A DNA stretch of 40,000 bases from Salmonella phage NINP13076. Of the stretch, positions 7,515-16,319 are shown piece after piece; the stretch's first letter is position 1, and every line of letters starts with the position of its first letter. A model generated the notes under the pieces. That model was not told where the DNA came from. It searched no databases and worked only from the letters and a program-made list of their open reading frames with translations. Made by a program: the position numbers and the translations under genes. The DNA lies in sequence record MZ326168.1. One strand, written 5' to 3'.

Positions 7515-8459
7515 ATGGACAAACTCAAATGCTTCGGACGCGACTATGTTGTGGCAAACACTTCACCAATGCCGGGTAACCGTGCATTTATTGACCGTAC
7601 TGGACGCAAATATCGTACCAAGGAAGGTGTTGTAATCGCCAGACATTATTACGGATACCACAAAAGCAGCACCTCGTGGTGGTGTGAACTGGAAGATATG
7701 CCAGGGAACTTCGTCCTCAAGCCAGCGTATCTCCTGTCTCCACGGATGCAGGTGGAGGTCCCGATTGTCTCAGTAAAATCTGCGCTTACAGGAAAAACAC
7801 GAATGGAAATGCCTTCTTCGATGGAGGAATGGCACAATGTTGTGAAGGAATTATCCTTTGGTGGTCATCCTGTGATGTGGAAAAATGGTGATTTCTGGCT
7901 TTCCACAAAGGGTGTGAAGAATATCAGCATCTACCTGTACGGCTGTGTTCAGCAAAAATGTGGTATTAAGCCAGCGCATGAGTTTGATTATTTCCCGAAG
8001 GGAGTTGCTGGTCGGACTCCGGGTTTTGTAAAACTGCTTACTCTGCAATCGTGTCTTAATGGTAAATACCGCCGTGCTGGTAAGGCGTCTGCTACCTTGC
8101 TGGAGACCTATCGTCGGCTGGACGCATTGAAAAAGCAACATGCCATCCTGAGCATCGCGAAGCGTGATGAAGTTGTTGAACAGGAGGTTGAGCAGGTAGC
8201 AGCAGAAGATCTGCAACAGATAAAAGCTTCTTTCGAAGTGGATCTGCGTGAATATACGATGAAGATCACGAAAGACTTCTTTGAGGATAAGGGTATCACC
8301 CCTACAGAAGAGATGTTATCGGCGGTGTCCAAGGAACTCGGTTTGAAATTCTGGAGAACCAATCTTAAACGCCGTGTTCTGGTCAATCCGAAAGATGTCG
8401 ATGGATGCTTTGACGCAGAAATGAAGCTGGAAGCAGTTCTGAAGCTGATTAAGAAATAA
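7515..8459 (+). CDS. Hypothetical protein (314 aa), right arm only
   Basis: Long ORF with RBS AGAGGAG; no left-arm counterpart. Confidence 0.75.
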   Translation: MDKLKCFGRDYVVANTSPMPGNRAFIDRTGRKYRTKEGVVIARHYYGYHKSSTSWWCELEDMPGNFVLKPAYLLSPRMQVEVPIVSVKSALTGKTRMEMPSSMEEWHNVVKELSFGGHPVMWKNGDFWLSTKGVKNISIYLYGCVQQKCGIKPAHEFDYFPKGVAGRTPGFVKLLTLQSCLNGKYRRAGKASATLLETYRRLDALKKQHAILSIAKRDEVVEQEVEQVAAEDLQQIKASFEVDLREYTMKITKDFFEDKGITPTEEMLSAVSKELGLKFWRTNLKRRVLVNPKDVDGCFDAEMKLEAVLKLIKK

Positions 8460-8498
8460 GTTATAGGCCCTTCGGGGCCTTGTCTGTATGGAGGAGAT

Positions 8499-8822
8499 AT
8501 GGATAATAACATAACAAGCCTTATCAGAAAGATAAGAGACATATTCCCCCCGCAAGTGGATGCTTCGTGGATAGGTAAGAATGGGAAGTGTTATCAGGTA
8601 GCTCTTGTGTTAAAGCATATCTTCCCGCAAGCAGAGATACATTACAGTCAAGTAGAAGGACATGTTTACACACTTATCGATGGAGTGTATTATGATATTG
8701 ACGGTATGCACCTGAAGGTTCCGGAAGACACTTGTCTCCTTGACCACAGGCGTGGACATAAGCCACATCGGTGGCATTTAACTTTCAACGATATTCCAGT
8801 AGAAAACTGGTTGAGGAGATAA
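8499..8822 (+). CDS. Hypothetical protein, counterpart of 1800-2123
   Basis: Translated similarity. Confidence 0.75.
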   Translation: MDNNITSLIRKIRDIFPPQVDASWIGKNGKCYQVALVLKHIFPQAEIHYSQVEGHVYTLIDGVYYDIDGMHLKVPEDTCLLDHRRGHKPHRWHLTFNDIPVENWLRR

Positions 8823-9024
8823 AGTGGATATATTAATGATGTTGGTTTTTCTGGTTGTTATGATAGGGATTGGAATGAGAGGATTACCTTTCTGGGCTTG
8901 GGTTATACTGGCTGATGAGTCGAAAAGGAAAAGACGGCTACGGAATGACTAAACTCTATAGTTCTCCAGCGCCGCAGGCCGTGCCGCAAAATCCTAACCC
9001 TTACCATACTTTTAAGGAGAATTT

Positions 9025-9252
9025 ATGAAAGTAACCGTCACTGAAAAGAATAAAACTTATGTTTCTGTGCGTTCTCTTGATATAGGGGACGGATTCATCT
9101 ACTGCGGTCAGCCTCATATTGTTGGTGAATCAACTATGGGTGATTTCCGTGGGGTTGTCACTGCATTTAATCTGAGAACATCTAAATTTGTAGCCATTCC
9201 TCAGTTGGAAGATGTGCAATTGTCCCAGATCAACGTGGAGTACACAATATGA
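9025..9252 (+). CDS. Hypothetical protein, counterpart of 1370-1597
   Basis: Translated similarity. Confidence 0.7.
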   Translation: MKVTVTEKNKTYVSVRSLDIGDGFIYCGQPHIVGESTMGDFRGVVTAFNLRTSKFVAIPQLEDVQLSQINVEYTI

Positions 9253-9434
9253 CAGCCTTGTTCGCAATACTCTGGGCCTTATGGCTCTTGGTATCTGTCA
9301 ATGTAGTCTTCGAACTTGTCGGATGCAGAGGTCTTGTGCAGATGTTCCCAGAAGGAAAGCGCTGGTGGATGCTGCCCTCTCAACTCCTTGCACTCTGCAA
9401 CTTCGCAGCGTGTGTTCTTCTGAACCCGTTCTGA
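9249..9434 (+). CDS. Small membrane protein, counterpart of 1188-1373
   Basis: Translated similarity. Confidence 0.6.
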   Translation: MTALFAILWALWLLVSVNVVFELVGCRGLVQMFPEGKRWWMLPSQLLALCNFAACVLLNPF

Positions 9435-9442
9435 GGTGCAGC

Positions 9443-9664
9443 ATGAAAGATCTCGATAATTTCGGAACCGGATGCTGCCCCCATTGCGGGGGTTTGTCTG
9501 CATCCACAGTAATAACTGAACGGTACACCCTCTCCGTAGATTTCTCCGGCCTCTCATATGGTCAGTCAGACAATAAAGTGATGTCCGGTGGTAAGCGATA
9601 CATTTGCGACGGATGCGGAAAGGATGTATCAAAACTCATCCCCACTCCAGGAGTAATGCAATGA
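9443..9664 (+). CDS. Small zinc-ribbon-like protein, counterpart of 958-1179
   Basis: CPHCGG...CDGCGK. Confidence 0.65.
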   Translation: MKDLDNFGTGCCPHCGGLSASTVITERYTLSVDFSGLSYGQSDNKVMSGGKRYICDGCGKDVSKLIPTPGVMQ

Positions 9665-9987
9665 TTTCAATATCCAGTAAGCCGCTTTATGAGTTCTATA
9701 AGGAATATACCAATTGGTTGTACGGGGAGTCATTCTACAAGTTCAGTCGTAGAGTGGGGCTTTGTGCTAACTCTTGGGATTACGCGACAGATATGGGTTA
9801 CGACCCAAGCGATATTAGTACAGAGATGCACAAACAATTCAAGGAGGCAGGTCTTGATGAAAGCTTACCTTTTAACAGGGGTATGTCTTACAGCAGAGAA
9901 TGTGACACTGGAAGCACCAACACCAACCCAGTCAGGGTAGAATGGGTAAAAAACAGGGTGAGGGATTACGAGGCAGCTTATGAGTGA
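9661..9987 (+). CDS. Hypothetical protein (108 aa), undeleted version of 821-961
   Basis: ORF overlapping its neighbours. Confidence 0.7.
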   Translation: MISISSKPLYEFYKEYTNWLYGESFYKFSRRVGLCANSWDYATDMGYDPSDISTEMHKQFKEAGLDESLPFNRGMSYSRECDTGSTNTNPVRVEWVKNRVRDYEAAYE

Positions 9988-10396
9988 TTACAAGATCCTC
10001 CACAAAAGGGAATATGGACAAGAATCGTGGGAAGTTTTCTACAAGGGTGAGTCACTACGCCACTTTACGCCCAGCGTAAGAGACAACTTCGATATGATCG
10101 CAGGAAACCCATACCACTCCCTGGAAAATGCAAAGAAAATTATTGAGGAGCATAAGGCCCACACAAAATGGTTGGAAGAAGAGAGAAGGAAAAGTGTAAG
10201 AGAATGGTTAGATGATCAAGGAAATGTTATCACCAACAGTGTACAAAAGATGATGGTTATCCCCATAGACCCCCGTCCCACACACCAATTAGTAATGCGG
10301 GGAATATACGCTTATTGCCACCCCAGTAGATATACACCTCATCACCGATTTTCAGATCGTCACCACGAACATCTTTCACATTACCCTCCAAAATAA
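9980..10396 (+). pseudogene. C-terminally truncated copy of the MSDYKILHKREYG protein; homology stops at about 10310
   Basis: Matches 463-828 through RGIYA, then runs into unrelated minus-strand coding sequence. Confidence 0.7.
10311..10379 (-). pseudogene. N-terminal fragment VKDVRGDDLKIGDEVYIYWGGNK..., 3' end lost at the junction
   Basis: GTG start preceded by GGAGG; open until the junction near 10310. Confidence 0.5.
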
Positions 10397-10716
10397 CTGA
10401 CCGATACAAGGACCAAGAATATGATATTAACAATCACACCAATACCCAATCGCTTGTTAGGAACAAGCTTCTCTTGCAGGATTGCACGAGCAGAAAACAG
10501 GTGTCGGAACAACCAGAAACCAAACAAGACCGCAGCAAACACTCCGTGTGAAGGAGGGATAATGCTGGTCGCCAACATAATTCCCTCAACGACTGCAATG
10601 CAAACAAATGTAGAGAATGAATCTGCCTTCGTTTTAAAACCTTTACCACTTAGCCATTGGCGAGTCAAGAGACCAATACCCAGAATTGTGTAGATCGCAT
10701 AGATAGTGTAAATCAT
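10381..10716 (-). CDS. Membrane protein, hypothetical
   Basis: Hydrophobic segments, tightly packed with neighbours. Confidence 0.6.
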   Translation of the reverse strand: MIYTIYAIYTILGIGLLTRQWLSGKGFKTKADSFSTFVCIAVVEGIMLATSIIPPSHGVFAAVLFGFWLFRHLFSARAILQEKLVPNKRLGIGVIVNIIFLVLVSVSYFGG

Positions 10717-10898
10717 TATTCGGCATCCTTTAACAGTTGTTGTTCAACACCTTTTACCACATCCCGCAGGGCAAGGTCAAAGAAATTCGTATTCTTTCTG
10801 TAATCCGATCCGATAGTTTGGATTTCAGTTGTTGCAATCATCGTAGCTGAACGGATCATCTCGATAATCACACTGCGGTCAAGTTCACTTACTTTCAT
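10716..10898 (-). CDS. Hypothetical protein
   Basis: Packed ORF with RBS AAGGAG. Confidence 0.55.
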   Translation of the reverse strand: MKVSELDRSVIIEMIRSATMIATTEIQTIGSDYRKNTNFFDLALRDVVKGVEQQLLKDAE

Positions 10899-10899
10899 C

Positions 10900-11391
10900 T
10901 TATTCTCCTTTCAGTCGGAATGATTTGATCATCGTGATCAGGTCTTTTTCAGGTTGTGTGTATCTGTGTACAACACCACCTTTTTCATCTCGATAGGTAT
11001 TTGCTATTTGCAGGCCAGATGGGATACCTGGGCGATAAACAAGGTCAGATGTTTCTATGTACTGTGGGTCGTACATGTACTCTGGTAAAACAACAGCAAC
11101 TGCCGTCATCGCACCATTGAGAGCAACAACCTCTTCTCGAAAGTAATCCCAAGGATATGTGTTGTCAAGTGGCTCAAGCTTATTGCACAGATCTTCCAGG
11201 TTGGACTGATAACCACCATTTAACACAATTACTGTTTTATCATCCAGCACCCAGTCCCAGAGGAGATTCCCAGCTTTTCCACGGCGATGTGGATATTTCA
11301 GGAAAACCTCAGCAATCGCGTGTGCAGACTGGATTCCTGCATGAATGCCAGCAATATATTGATTTACAACGCAATACATGCGTGTCTTCAT
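10900..11391 (-). CDS. Hypothetical protein, possibly peptidyl-tRNA hydrolase 2-like
   Basis: N-terminus MYCVVNQYIAGIHAGIQSAHAIAEVF vaguely resembles PTH2 (VVN...Q.AHA); weak assignment. Confidence 0.45.
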   Translation of the reverse strand: MKTRMYCVVNQYIAGIHAGIQSAHAIAEVFLKYPHRRGKAGNLLWDWVLDDKTVIVLNGGYQSNLEDLCNKLEPLDNTYPWDYFREEVVALNGAMTAVAVVLPEYMYDPQYIETSDLVYRPGIPSGLQIANTYRDEKGGVVHRYTQPEKDLITMIKSFRLKGE

Positions 11392-11612
11392 TTATTCCTT
11401 CTCCTCTTAATAACAAAATCATCATCACAAATCGCGAATATTAAACAACCAATTAGTCCTGACAGGCCAAGGGGCCAGCACAACACCATAATAAGGCCAA
11501 GGCCGATAGTAGGACCAGTAAGGCGATCTCTGTAGAACCATTCGTATGCACACATGACCACCATGATCAGTATACCAACACACAAATAAATTACAAGTTC
11601 AAAAGGCATCAT
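11388..11612 (-). CDS. Small membrane protein
   Basis: Two hydrophobic segments with a basic C-terminus (RRRNK). Confidence 0.6.
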   Translation of the reverse strand: MMPFELVIYLCVGILIMVVMCAYEWFYRDRLTGPTIGLGLIMVLCWPLGLSGLIGCLIFAICDDDFVIKRRRNK

Positions 11613-11830
11613 TTTCTCCTTATCAGGATAATATCTTTATCCATGATGTGCTCAAAAAGCGCCAATGCACCTCCAACCACTATAGCAGGCCAGAAGATCA
11701 CCATTGCTAAGGAAAATAATACCGTGTTCAGGCTTATCTCTTTTCTCCCTCTCCAAGATGCAAACAGTATCCCGACCATTGTTAAGACGCCAATCATCAG
11801 ATAATAATATACATTCTCGTGCATTTCCAC
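11609..11830 (-). CDS. Small membrane protein, similar layout to 11388-11612
   Basis: Two hydrophobic segments with a basic C-terminus (IRRK). Confidence 0.6.
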   Translation of the reverse strand: MEMHENVYYYLMIGVLTMVGILFASWRGRKEISLNTVLFSLAMVIFWPAIVVGGALALFEHIMDKDIILIRRK

Positions 11831-11832
11831 CC

Positions 11833-12039
11833 CTACTTGAAAAATTGTGTGAATTTATACATCGCGTTCTTGTAAGATGGGTGCAATTTATAATTACACC
11901 CTTTATCAACGCACCAGTCGCTTGCCTTGTTTCTGAGAGCCACCAACCCACACCAGGCACATACTTGCTTCCCTGCATGTTTGTCAAGGAAGAAGTGGTG
12001 CTTCTCGTAGGTGTACTCTTCTTTATCAGATTTCTTCAT
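11833..12039 (-). CDS. Small Cys-rich protein
   Basis: CAWCG...CVDKGC. Confidence 0.55.
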   Translation of the reverse strand: MKKSDKEEYTYEKHHFFLDKHAGKQVCAWCGLVALRNKASDWCVDKGCNYKLHPSYKNAMYKFTQFFK

Positions 12040-12048
12040 ACCAACCTC

Positions 12049-13302
12049 TTACCAAGCAATCTGCCTCTGAGTGACTCGTCGAATAGCATCAATACGTGCG
12101 ACCCTGATCATGTCTCCGATCTCGATACCTGTCTTGCCTTTAGCCAAGCCCTCGGCTGAGATAGTTTTAGTGTTCACAGCAACCATGCACCGGAAGGCAT
12201 CCATCAGGATATAACCTTGCGGGTATGGCTCTACCGCTTTAGCAGGCCCACGGCCTTTTGCATCACAAAAACATGCATCGGCTAAGACGCCTACCTTCAT
12301 GTGTGTCTTGGCGCTGTTAACATTACCAGCAGCTTCAAACAATCTCATCAAAGAACGAGGCTTTGCTCCCTTATTTCCACCACGAGGGGCAATGCAGTGA
12401 ACACGGGTGTGGTTTTCAGCGACGTACCTTGCAACATCACGAAAATCGTTGGGTACACGAATCCTCTCACACAGAACATCGATAGGCCCAATTCCAGCCT
12501 CTTCATGACCAAAAAGATTCCCATATTTAGCAAACGTCACTGCCTTTCCAAAGTCATGACACATCACTGCAAATTTCGTGTATGGGTTGGCCTCATACTG
12601 ATCTGCAATATCCAAACAGAGAAGGGTGTGGATAAAAGCATCTCCTTCCGGATGATGTTCCGCTGGTTGTTCGACACCACGTAGTGCATTCAACTCCGGC
12701 AACTCACCAAGTTCTGCCATAGCTTCAGCATAGGATCGGAAGTTGTCTGATCCAAGAGCCTTCTCCATCTCTTTCCATTTACGCTCACCACTGATGTTTG
12801 TCAGTTCATGGCGATTCTGGAAGCACAGTTCTTTCGTCTCTGGGTCCAGATCCCATTCCTTACCCAACTGAGACTTAAGACGATAAGCTCTCAGAATACG
12901 CAGAGGATCGTCAAGGAACGCTTTTGTGGTGTGGCGAAGCACCTTGTTACAGATGTCAGTCATACCACCAAACGGGTCGATAATGAAACCTGTATCAAGA
13001 TCCTGAGCCATAGCGTTAATGGTCAGGTCACGACGAGAAAGATCCTCTTCCAGAGTAACATCTGGGCTGAAGAATGTTTCAAAGCCTGTATGACCTTTAC
13101 CTGTCTTACGCTCTGTACGAGCAAGCGCATACTCTTCCTTTGTTTCTGGATGCAGGTATACCGGGAAGGAAGCGCCAACCTGGGTGAAACCTTTATCAAT
13201 CATTTCTTCGTGTGTTGCACCCACAACTACGTAATCGCGGTCATGGACTTCACGGCCCAGTAAACCATCACGTACCGCGCCACCTACCAGATATACTTTC
13301 AT
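12049..13302 (-). CDS. cca: tRNA CCA-adding enzyme (multifunctional, with HD domain)
   Basis: MKVYLVGGAVRDGLLGR...DRDYVVVGAT; RRDLTINAMA; LDDPLRILRAYR; HD motif VMCHDFGKAVT. Confidence 0.93.
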   Translation of the reverse strand: MKVYLVGGAVRDGLLGREVHDRDYVVVGATHEEMIDKGFTQVGASFPVYLHPETKEEYALARTERKTGKGHTGFETFFSPDVTLEEDLSRRDLTINAMAQDLDTGFIIDPFGGMTDICNKVLRHTTKAFLDDPLRILRAYRLKSQLGKEWDLDPETKELCFQNRHELTNISGERKWKEMEKALGSDNFRSYAEAMAELGELPELNALRGVEQPAEHHPEGDAFIHTLLCLDIADQYEANPYTKFAVMCHDFGKAVTFAKYGNLFGHEEAGIGPIDVLCERIRVPNDFRDVARYVAENHTRVHCIAPRGGNKGAKPRSLMRLFEAAGNVNSAKTHMKVGVLADACFCDAKGRGPAKAVEPYPQGYILMDAFRCMVAVNTKTISAEGLAKGKTGIEIGDMIRVARIDAIRRVTQRQIAW

Positions 13303-13311
13303 CTTTTCTCC

Positions 13312-13578
13312 TTAGAGTTTGTCTGTATTTATGAAGTCTACACCATGCTGTTTAAGGATGTCAACTTTTAATTTTGTGTGCAGACGGTCATAAGCCTTAC
13401 GAATGTTTTCGTAATTTTCACGATGATCATCCAATTCACTGATCGGCTTTACAGTGATCACCTTGGCATGGTTGAATGTACCACAAGATGTTTTTACATC
13501 AAAATTTTCTTGCAATTCGCCCTCGAGCACAATGTAATGAGGGTATAGATCGTATTTTACAAAAGCAGTTACTTTCAT
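13312..13578 (-). CDS. Hypothetical protein
   Basis: Packed ORF. Confidence 0.6.
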   Translation of the reverse strand: MKVTAFVKYDLYPHYIVLEGELQENFDVKTSCGTFNHAKVITVKPISELDDHRENYENIRKAYDRLHTKLKVDILKQHGVDFINTDKL

Positions 13579-13883
13579 ACCGTGATTCCCAATTCTTCTG
13601 CACTGTAAAGATCATTACCTTCGTACACTGTTTCACCAACCATTGCCACAAAGGTCCGATCAACTATTTTCCCATTCATGCAAATTCGTGAGCTACCTCC
13701 AGTGCAAAGATATACATCCTTATTAACCATCGTTTGAACAGCCAAGCGGTCCTTGTCGAAAATAGAGATAGGACTCAGTGCTGGGAGAAATACTACCTCC
13801 ACAACCGTCTGTCCCACAGTAGATGGGTTGCCCGTCGCTTCGTGGCAAAAATCCCTCACCACAATATGAGTTTTACTTGTCAT
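13575..13883 (-). CDS. Hypothetical protein (probable start MTSKTHIVVRDFC...)
   Basis: Packed ORF; start chosen by overlap with the upstream gene and RBS. Confidence 0.55.
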   Translation of the reverse strand: MTSKTHIVVRDFCHEATGNPSTVGQTVVEVVFLPALSPISIFDKDRLAVQTMVNKDVYLCTGGSSRICMNGKIVDRTFVAMVGETVYEGNDLYSAEELGITV

Positions 13884-14124
13884 TAATTTTCTCCTGTTTC
13901 GGCTCAGTGAGTATGAACTCACCACAGCAACCACACTCGTATTCGTTAATTGATCGACCATTGTCAGTCCAGTTGTTAGCACCACAGGTGCAGAAGATTA
14001 ACAAAGGTTTTTCATGGTTATCTTCGCAGATAACCCACGGCTTATTCCCTATAGAGAACCCTGCAAGTGGTTGCTTACTGATGCCCCCGCAATATGATTC
14101 ATATTTTATAGAGATCCCGCTCAT
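13873..14124 (-). CDS. Cys-rich hypothetical protein
   Basis: FCTCGA...YECGCCGE. Confidence 0.55.
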   Translation of the reverse strand: MSGISIKYESYCGGISKQPLAGFSIGNKPWVICEDNHEKPLLIFCTCGANNWTDNGRSINEYECGCCGEFILTEPKQEKINDK

Positions 14125-14273
14125 TTTTGTTTATCACCATGAGTTTCACGGAATTCTTCAACAAGAAGTTCCCAACGTGCATCCCACGCACACCTGGCAA
14201 TGCTGCGGGTGATAGGGTCGCTTACGTGGGGGAAGTTCTCATTGAACCACGCTTCAAATTTTTCATCGATCAT
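14121..14273 (-). CDS. Small hypothetical protein (MIDEKFEAWFNENFPHVSDPITRSIARCAWDARWELLVEEFRETHGDKQK)
   Basis: Fills the gap between 14124 and 14270 with 4-nt overlaps; shorter than the supplied ORF track cut-off. Confidence 0.6.
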   Translation of the reverse strand: MIDEKFEAWFNENFPHVSDPITRSIARCAWDARWELLVEEFRETHGDKQK

Positions 14274-14482
14274 TCATCTTCCTCCATAAAGCAAATTTTT
14301 AAAAAGTCGTCTTTGTACAGGTCTTTCACTTGGGATGCGAATTCCTTATTGGCAAGTTCGTGCGTCCACACAGGGCGACCAAGACGCTTCTCAAGATCCT
14401 CATGAAAAATGCTGAAATCACATGCTGTGAATCCAGTAAAAGCAGTAATGATAATAGCTTGTTCTTTTGTAAGCCGGGTCAT
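14270..14482 (-). CDS. Hypothetical phage protein
   Basis: Packed ORF MTRLTKEQAIIITAFTGFTACDFSIFHEDLEKRLGRPVWTHELA... Confidence 0.65.
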   Translation of the reverse strand: MTRLTKEQAIIITAFTGFTACDFSIFHEDLEKRLGRPVWTHELANKEFASQVKDLYKDDFLKICFMEEDE

Positions 14483-14483
14483 T

Positions 14484-14753
14484 TTATTCCTCCCAAGTAT
14501 TCATATATTTGACAAGATCCTTTACAGATCTCTTGCCGTCGAGAGGATAAACCATCTCCTCATCTGCCCCGGCATGTTTAAGCATTTTCACGAGGCGATT
14601 ATACACACTTTCTTTACGATTGCAACGTTTTACTTTCCACAACTCACCATCAGGGGAATACTTCTTTTCTTCCACAGAGATATGTACGATGTCTCCCATA
14701 TACTCTTTAAATTTGATTGTGGTCAGTGGTCGGTAGTAAATATAAAATCGCAT
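14484..14753 (-). CDS. Hypothetical protein (first gene of the minus-strand block)
   Basis: Start MRFYIYYRPL downstream of the promoter. Confidence 0.55.
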   Translation of the reverse strand: MRFYIYYRPLTTIKFKEYMGDIVHISVEEKKYSPDGELWKVKRCNRKESVYNRLVKMLKHAGADEEMVYPLDGKRSVKDLVKYMNTWEE

Positions 14754-14775
14754 GTGTATCTCCTCTGTTAAGGGA

Positions 14776-14804
14776 AGAATAAACCAATGCAATTTGCGTG
14801 TCAA
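14776..14804 (-). promoter_or_regulatory. Sigma70-like promoter TTGACA-N17-TATTCT
   Basis: Consensus -35 and spacing upstream of 14753. Confidence 0.65.
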
Positions 14805-14922
14805 GTACAAAAACGAAAAAACCCGCGCTTGACCGCCGTGGACTCACCGAAGTTTTAACTTGCGCTCAAGAGAATGCTGCGTTAGGATTGTATAAGAAAA
14901 CAACGAAAAGGAAGAAAAAGAA

Positions 14923-15207
14923 ATGACAGACGAATTTAAAATACGCCTTGTGCAGACATGTGGGGCATGTCCAGAACAATATGATGCCTTTCACTCCGAA
15001 ACTGGTGAGGAAATCGGATACCTCCGCCTTCGACACGGTTACTTCCGTGCAGAATATAAGGGCAGGGTAGTTTATGATGCTTACCCAAATGGAGACGGTT
15101 GTTTCGATTCCGACGAGCGAGACTACCATTTGCACATGGCTTGCGATGCAATACGAAAAGCGCACTTAGAAAAGGGGATTGTTGGTGATCGATCATATTA
15201 CTTCTGA
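14923..15207 (+). CDS. Hypothetical protein, absent from the left arm
   Basis: RBS GGAAGAAAAAG upstream; left arm goes directly to the phosphoesterase at this point. Confidence 0.65.
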   Translation: MTDEFKIRLVQTCGACPEQYDAFHSETGEEIGYLRLRHGYFRAEYKGRVVYDAYPNGDGCFDSDERDYHLHMACDAIRKAHLEKGIVGDRSYYF

Positions 15208-15772
15208 TACACATTGGTGGCATACCAATATTCTTGGTTTCCCATCCTGTGATAAGTTCCGTAAAAACATGTACGGACCGAAAGAAGATTCAGCGAGTGT
15301 TGTCAAGATGAATGATGACATGGTTAAAACATGGAACAAACATGTGAAACCTGATGATGTTGTTGCACATTTAGGTGATTTTGTGATCGCCTACGGTAAA
15401 CATGTTGAGCCGAAGGTTCGTGACATCCTGAGCCGAATCAACGGAAAGATCATCTTGGTTGGTGGCAACCACGATAACCACATGACAAAGCGGGTGTTTC
15501 GCGAGTTTGGTCACGAAGTTGTTGATTATAAAGAAATTGATTTCAGTACAGGAAAAGAAAAAGTAAGGGTGTGTATGTCGCACTACCCGTTTGCATCTTG
15601 GAATAAAGCACACCACGGATCAGTTATGCTCCACGGGCATAGCCACGGTTCATACAAGGCCCCTGGTGGACGAATCCTTGATGTGGGTTGGGATGTCCAC
15701 GGTCGTCCTTTGACGATGCTTGAGGCCGTTTCTGAGTGCCTTAAAAAGCCTGTTTACGATATTCATCACTGA
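15179..15772 (+). CDS. Calcineurin-like metallophosphoesterase
   Basis: SDTHWWH, HLGDF, GGNHDNH, MLHGHSHG motifs. Confidence 0.88.
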   Translation: MLVIDHITSDTHWWHTNILGFPSCDKFRKNMYGPKEDSASVVKMNDDMVKTWNKHVKPDDVVAHLGDFVIAYGKHVEPKVRDILSRINGKIILVGGNHDNHMTKRVFREFGHEVVDYKEIDFSTGKEKVRVCMSHYPFASWNKAHHGSVMLHGHSHGSYKAPGGRILDVGWDVHGRPLTMLEAVSECLKKPVYDIHH

Positions 15773-15781
15773 GGAGAGGAT

Positions 15782-16138
15782 ATGCACAACCAAAAACGCA
15801 GTTTCTTGCCTAAGAAAACATCAAAATCTTTTTACGCCACAATACATATTGCTGGCAGTTACAACCAGGCGGAAAATCTTTGTCGTCAGTGGGTGATGAG
15901 GGGAGCATGTGTTCAGATTTCCACTTGTACCTATGTTTATACTGGAGGTGTGGAAGACGGTATGACTGTGCGTATCATGCAGTATCCGCGCTTTGAGCGC
16001 CCTGAGAATGAGATTCTGGACATGGCTGTAGAGCTTGGGACGTTCCTTGCTCAGGAGCTTTGTCAGATAAGTTTCAGCATTGAAACGCCTTATAATACAA
16101 CCTACTACCAGGCTGAAGGCTATGAAAAAAGATCTTAA
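15782..16138 (+). CDS. Hypothetical protein
   Basis: ORF in operon context with RBS GAGGAG. Confidence 0.55.
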   Translation: MHNQKRSFLPKKTSKSFYATIHIAGSYNQAENLCRQWVMRGACVQISTCTYVYTGGVEDGMTVRIMQYPRFERPENEILDMAVELGTFLAQELCQISFSIETPYNTTYYQAEGYEKRS

Positions 16139-16319
16139 CCTTCTTGAAAACACCGTATTTTTAATCTCAGAGGTTGAAGAATACATTGACAGCCTTGATT
16201 TAGTCATTTATGATGATTATCAAGATATGAAATTGGCACAAAAAGAAGTGCTTAAGATACTGAAAAATCTCAGATTAAGGAGAGAAAATGAAATTCAACG
16301 TAGACGATCTGGTAACTAA
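16122..16319 (+). CDS. Hypothetical protein
   Basis: MKKDLNLLENTVFLISEVEEYIDSL..., overlaps neighbours. Confidence 0.55.
   Translation: MKKDLNLLENTVFLISEVEEYIDSLDLVIYDDYQDMKLAQKEVLKILKNLRLRRENEIQRRRSGN

Noticed and set aside
11652-12159. Plus-strand ORFs within 11.6-13.3 kb (for example 12301-12684 and 12808-13263)
   Set aside because: Antisense to the strongly supported cca gene and its operon.
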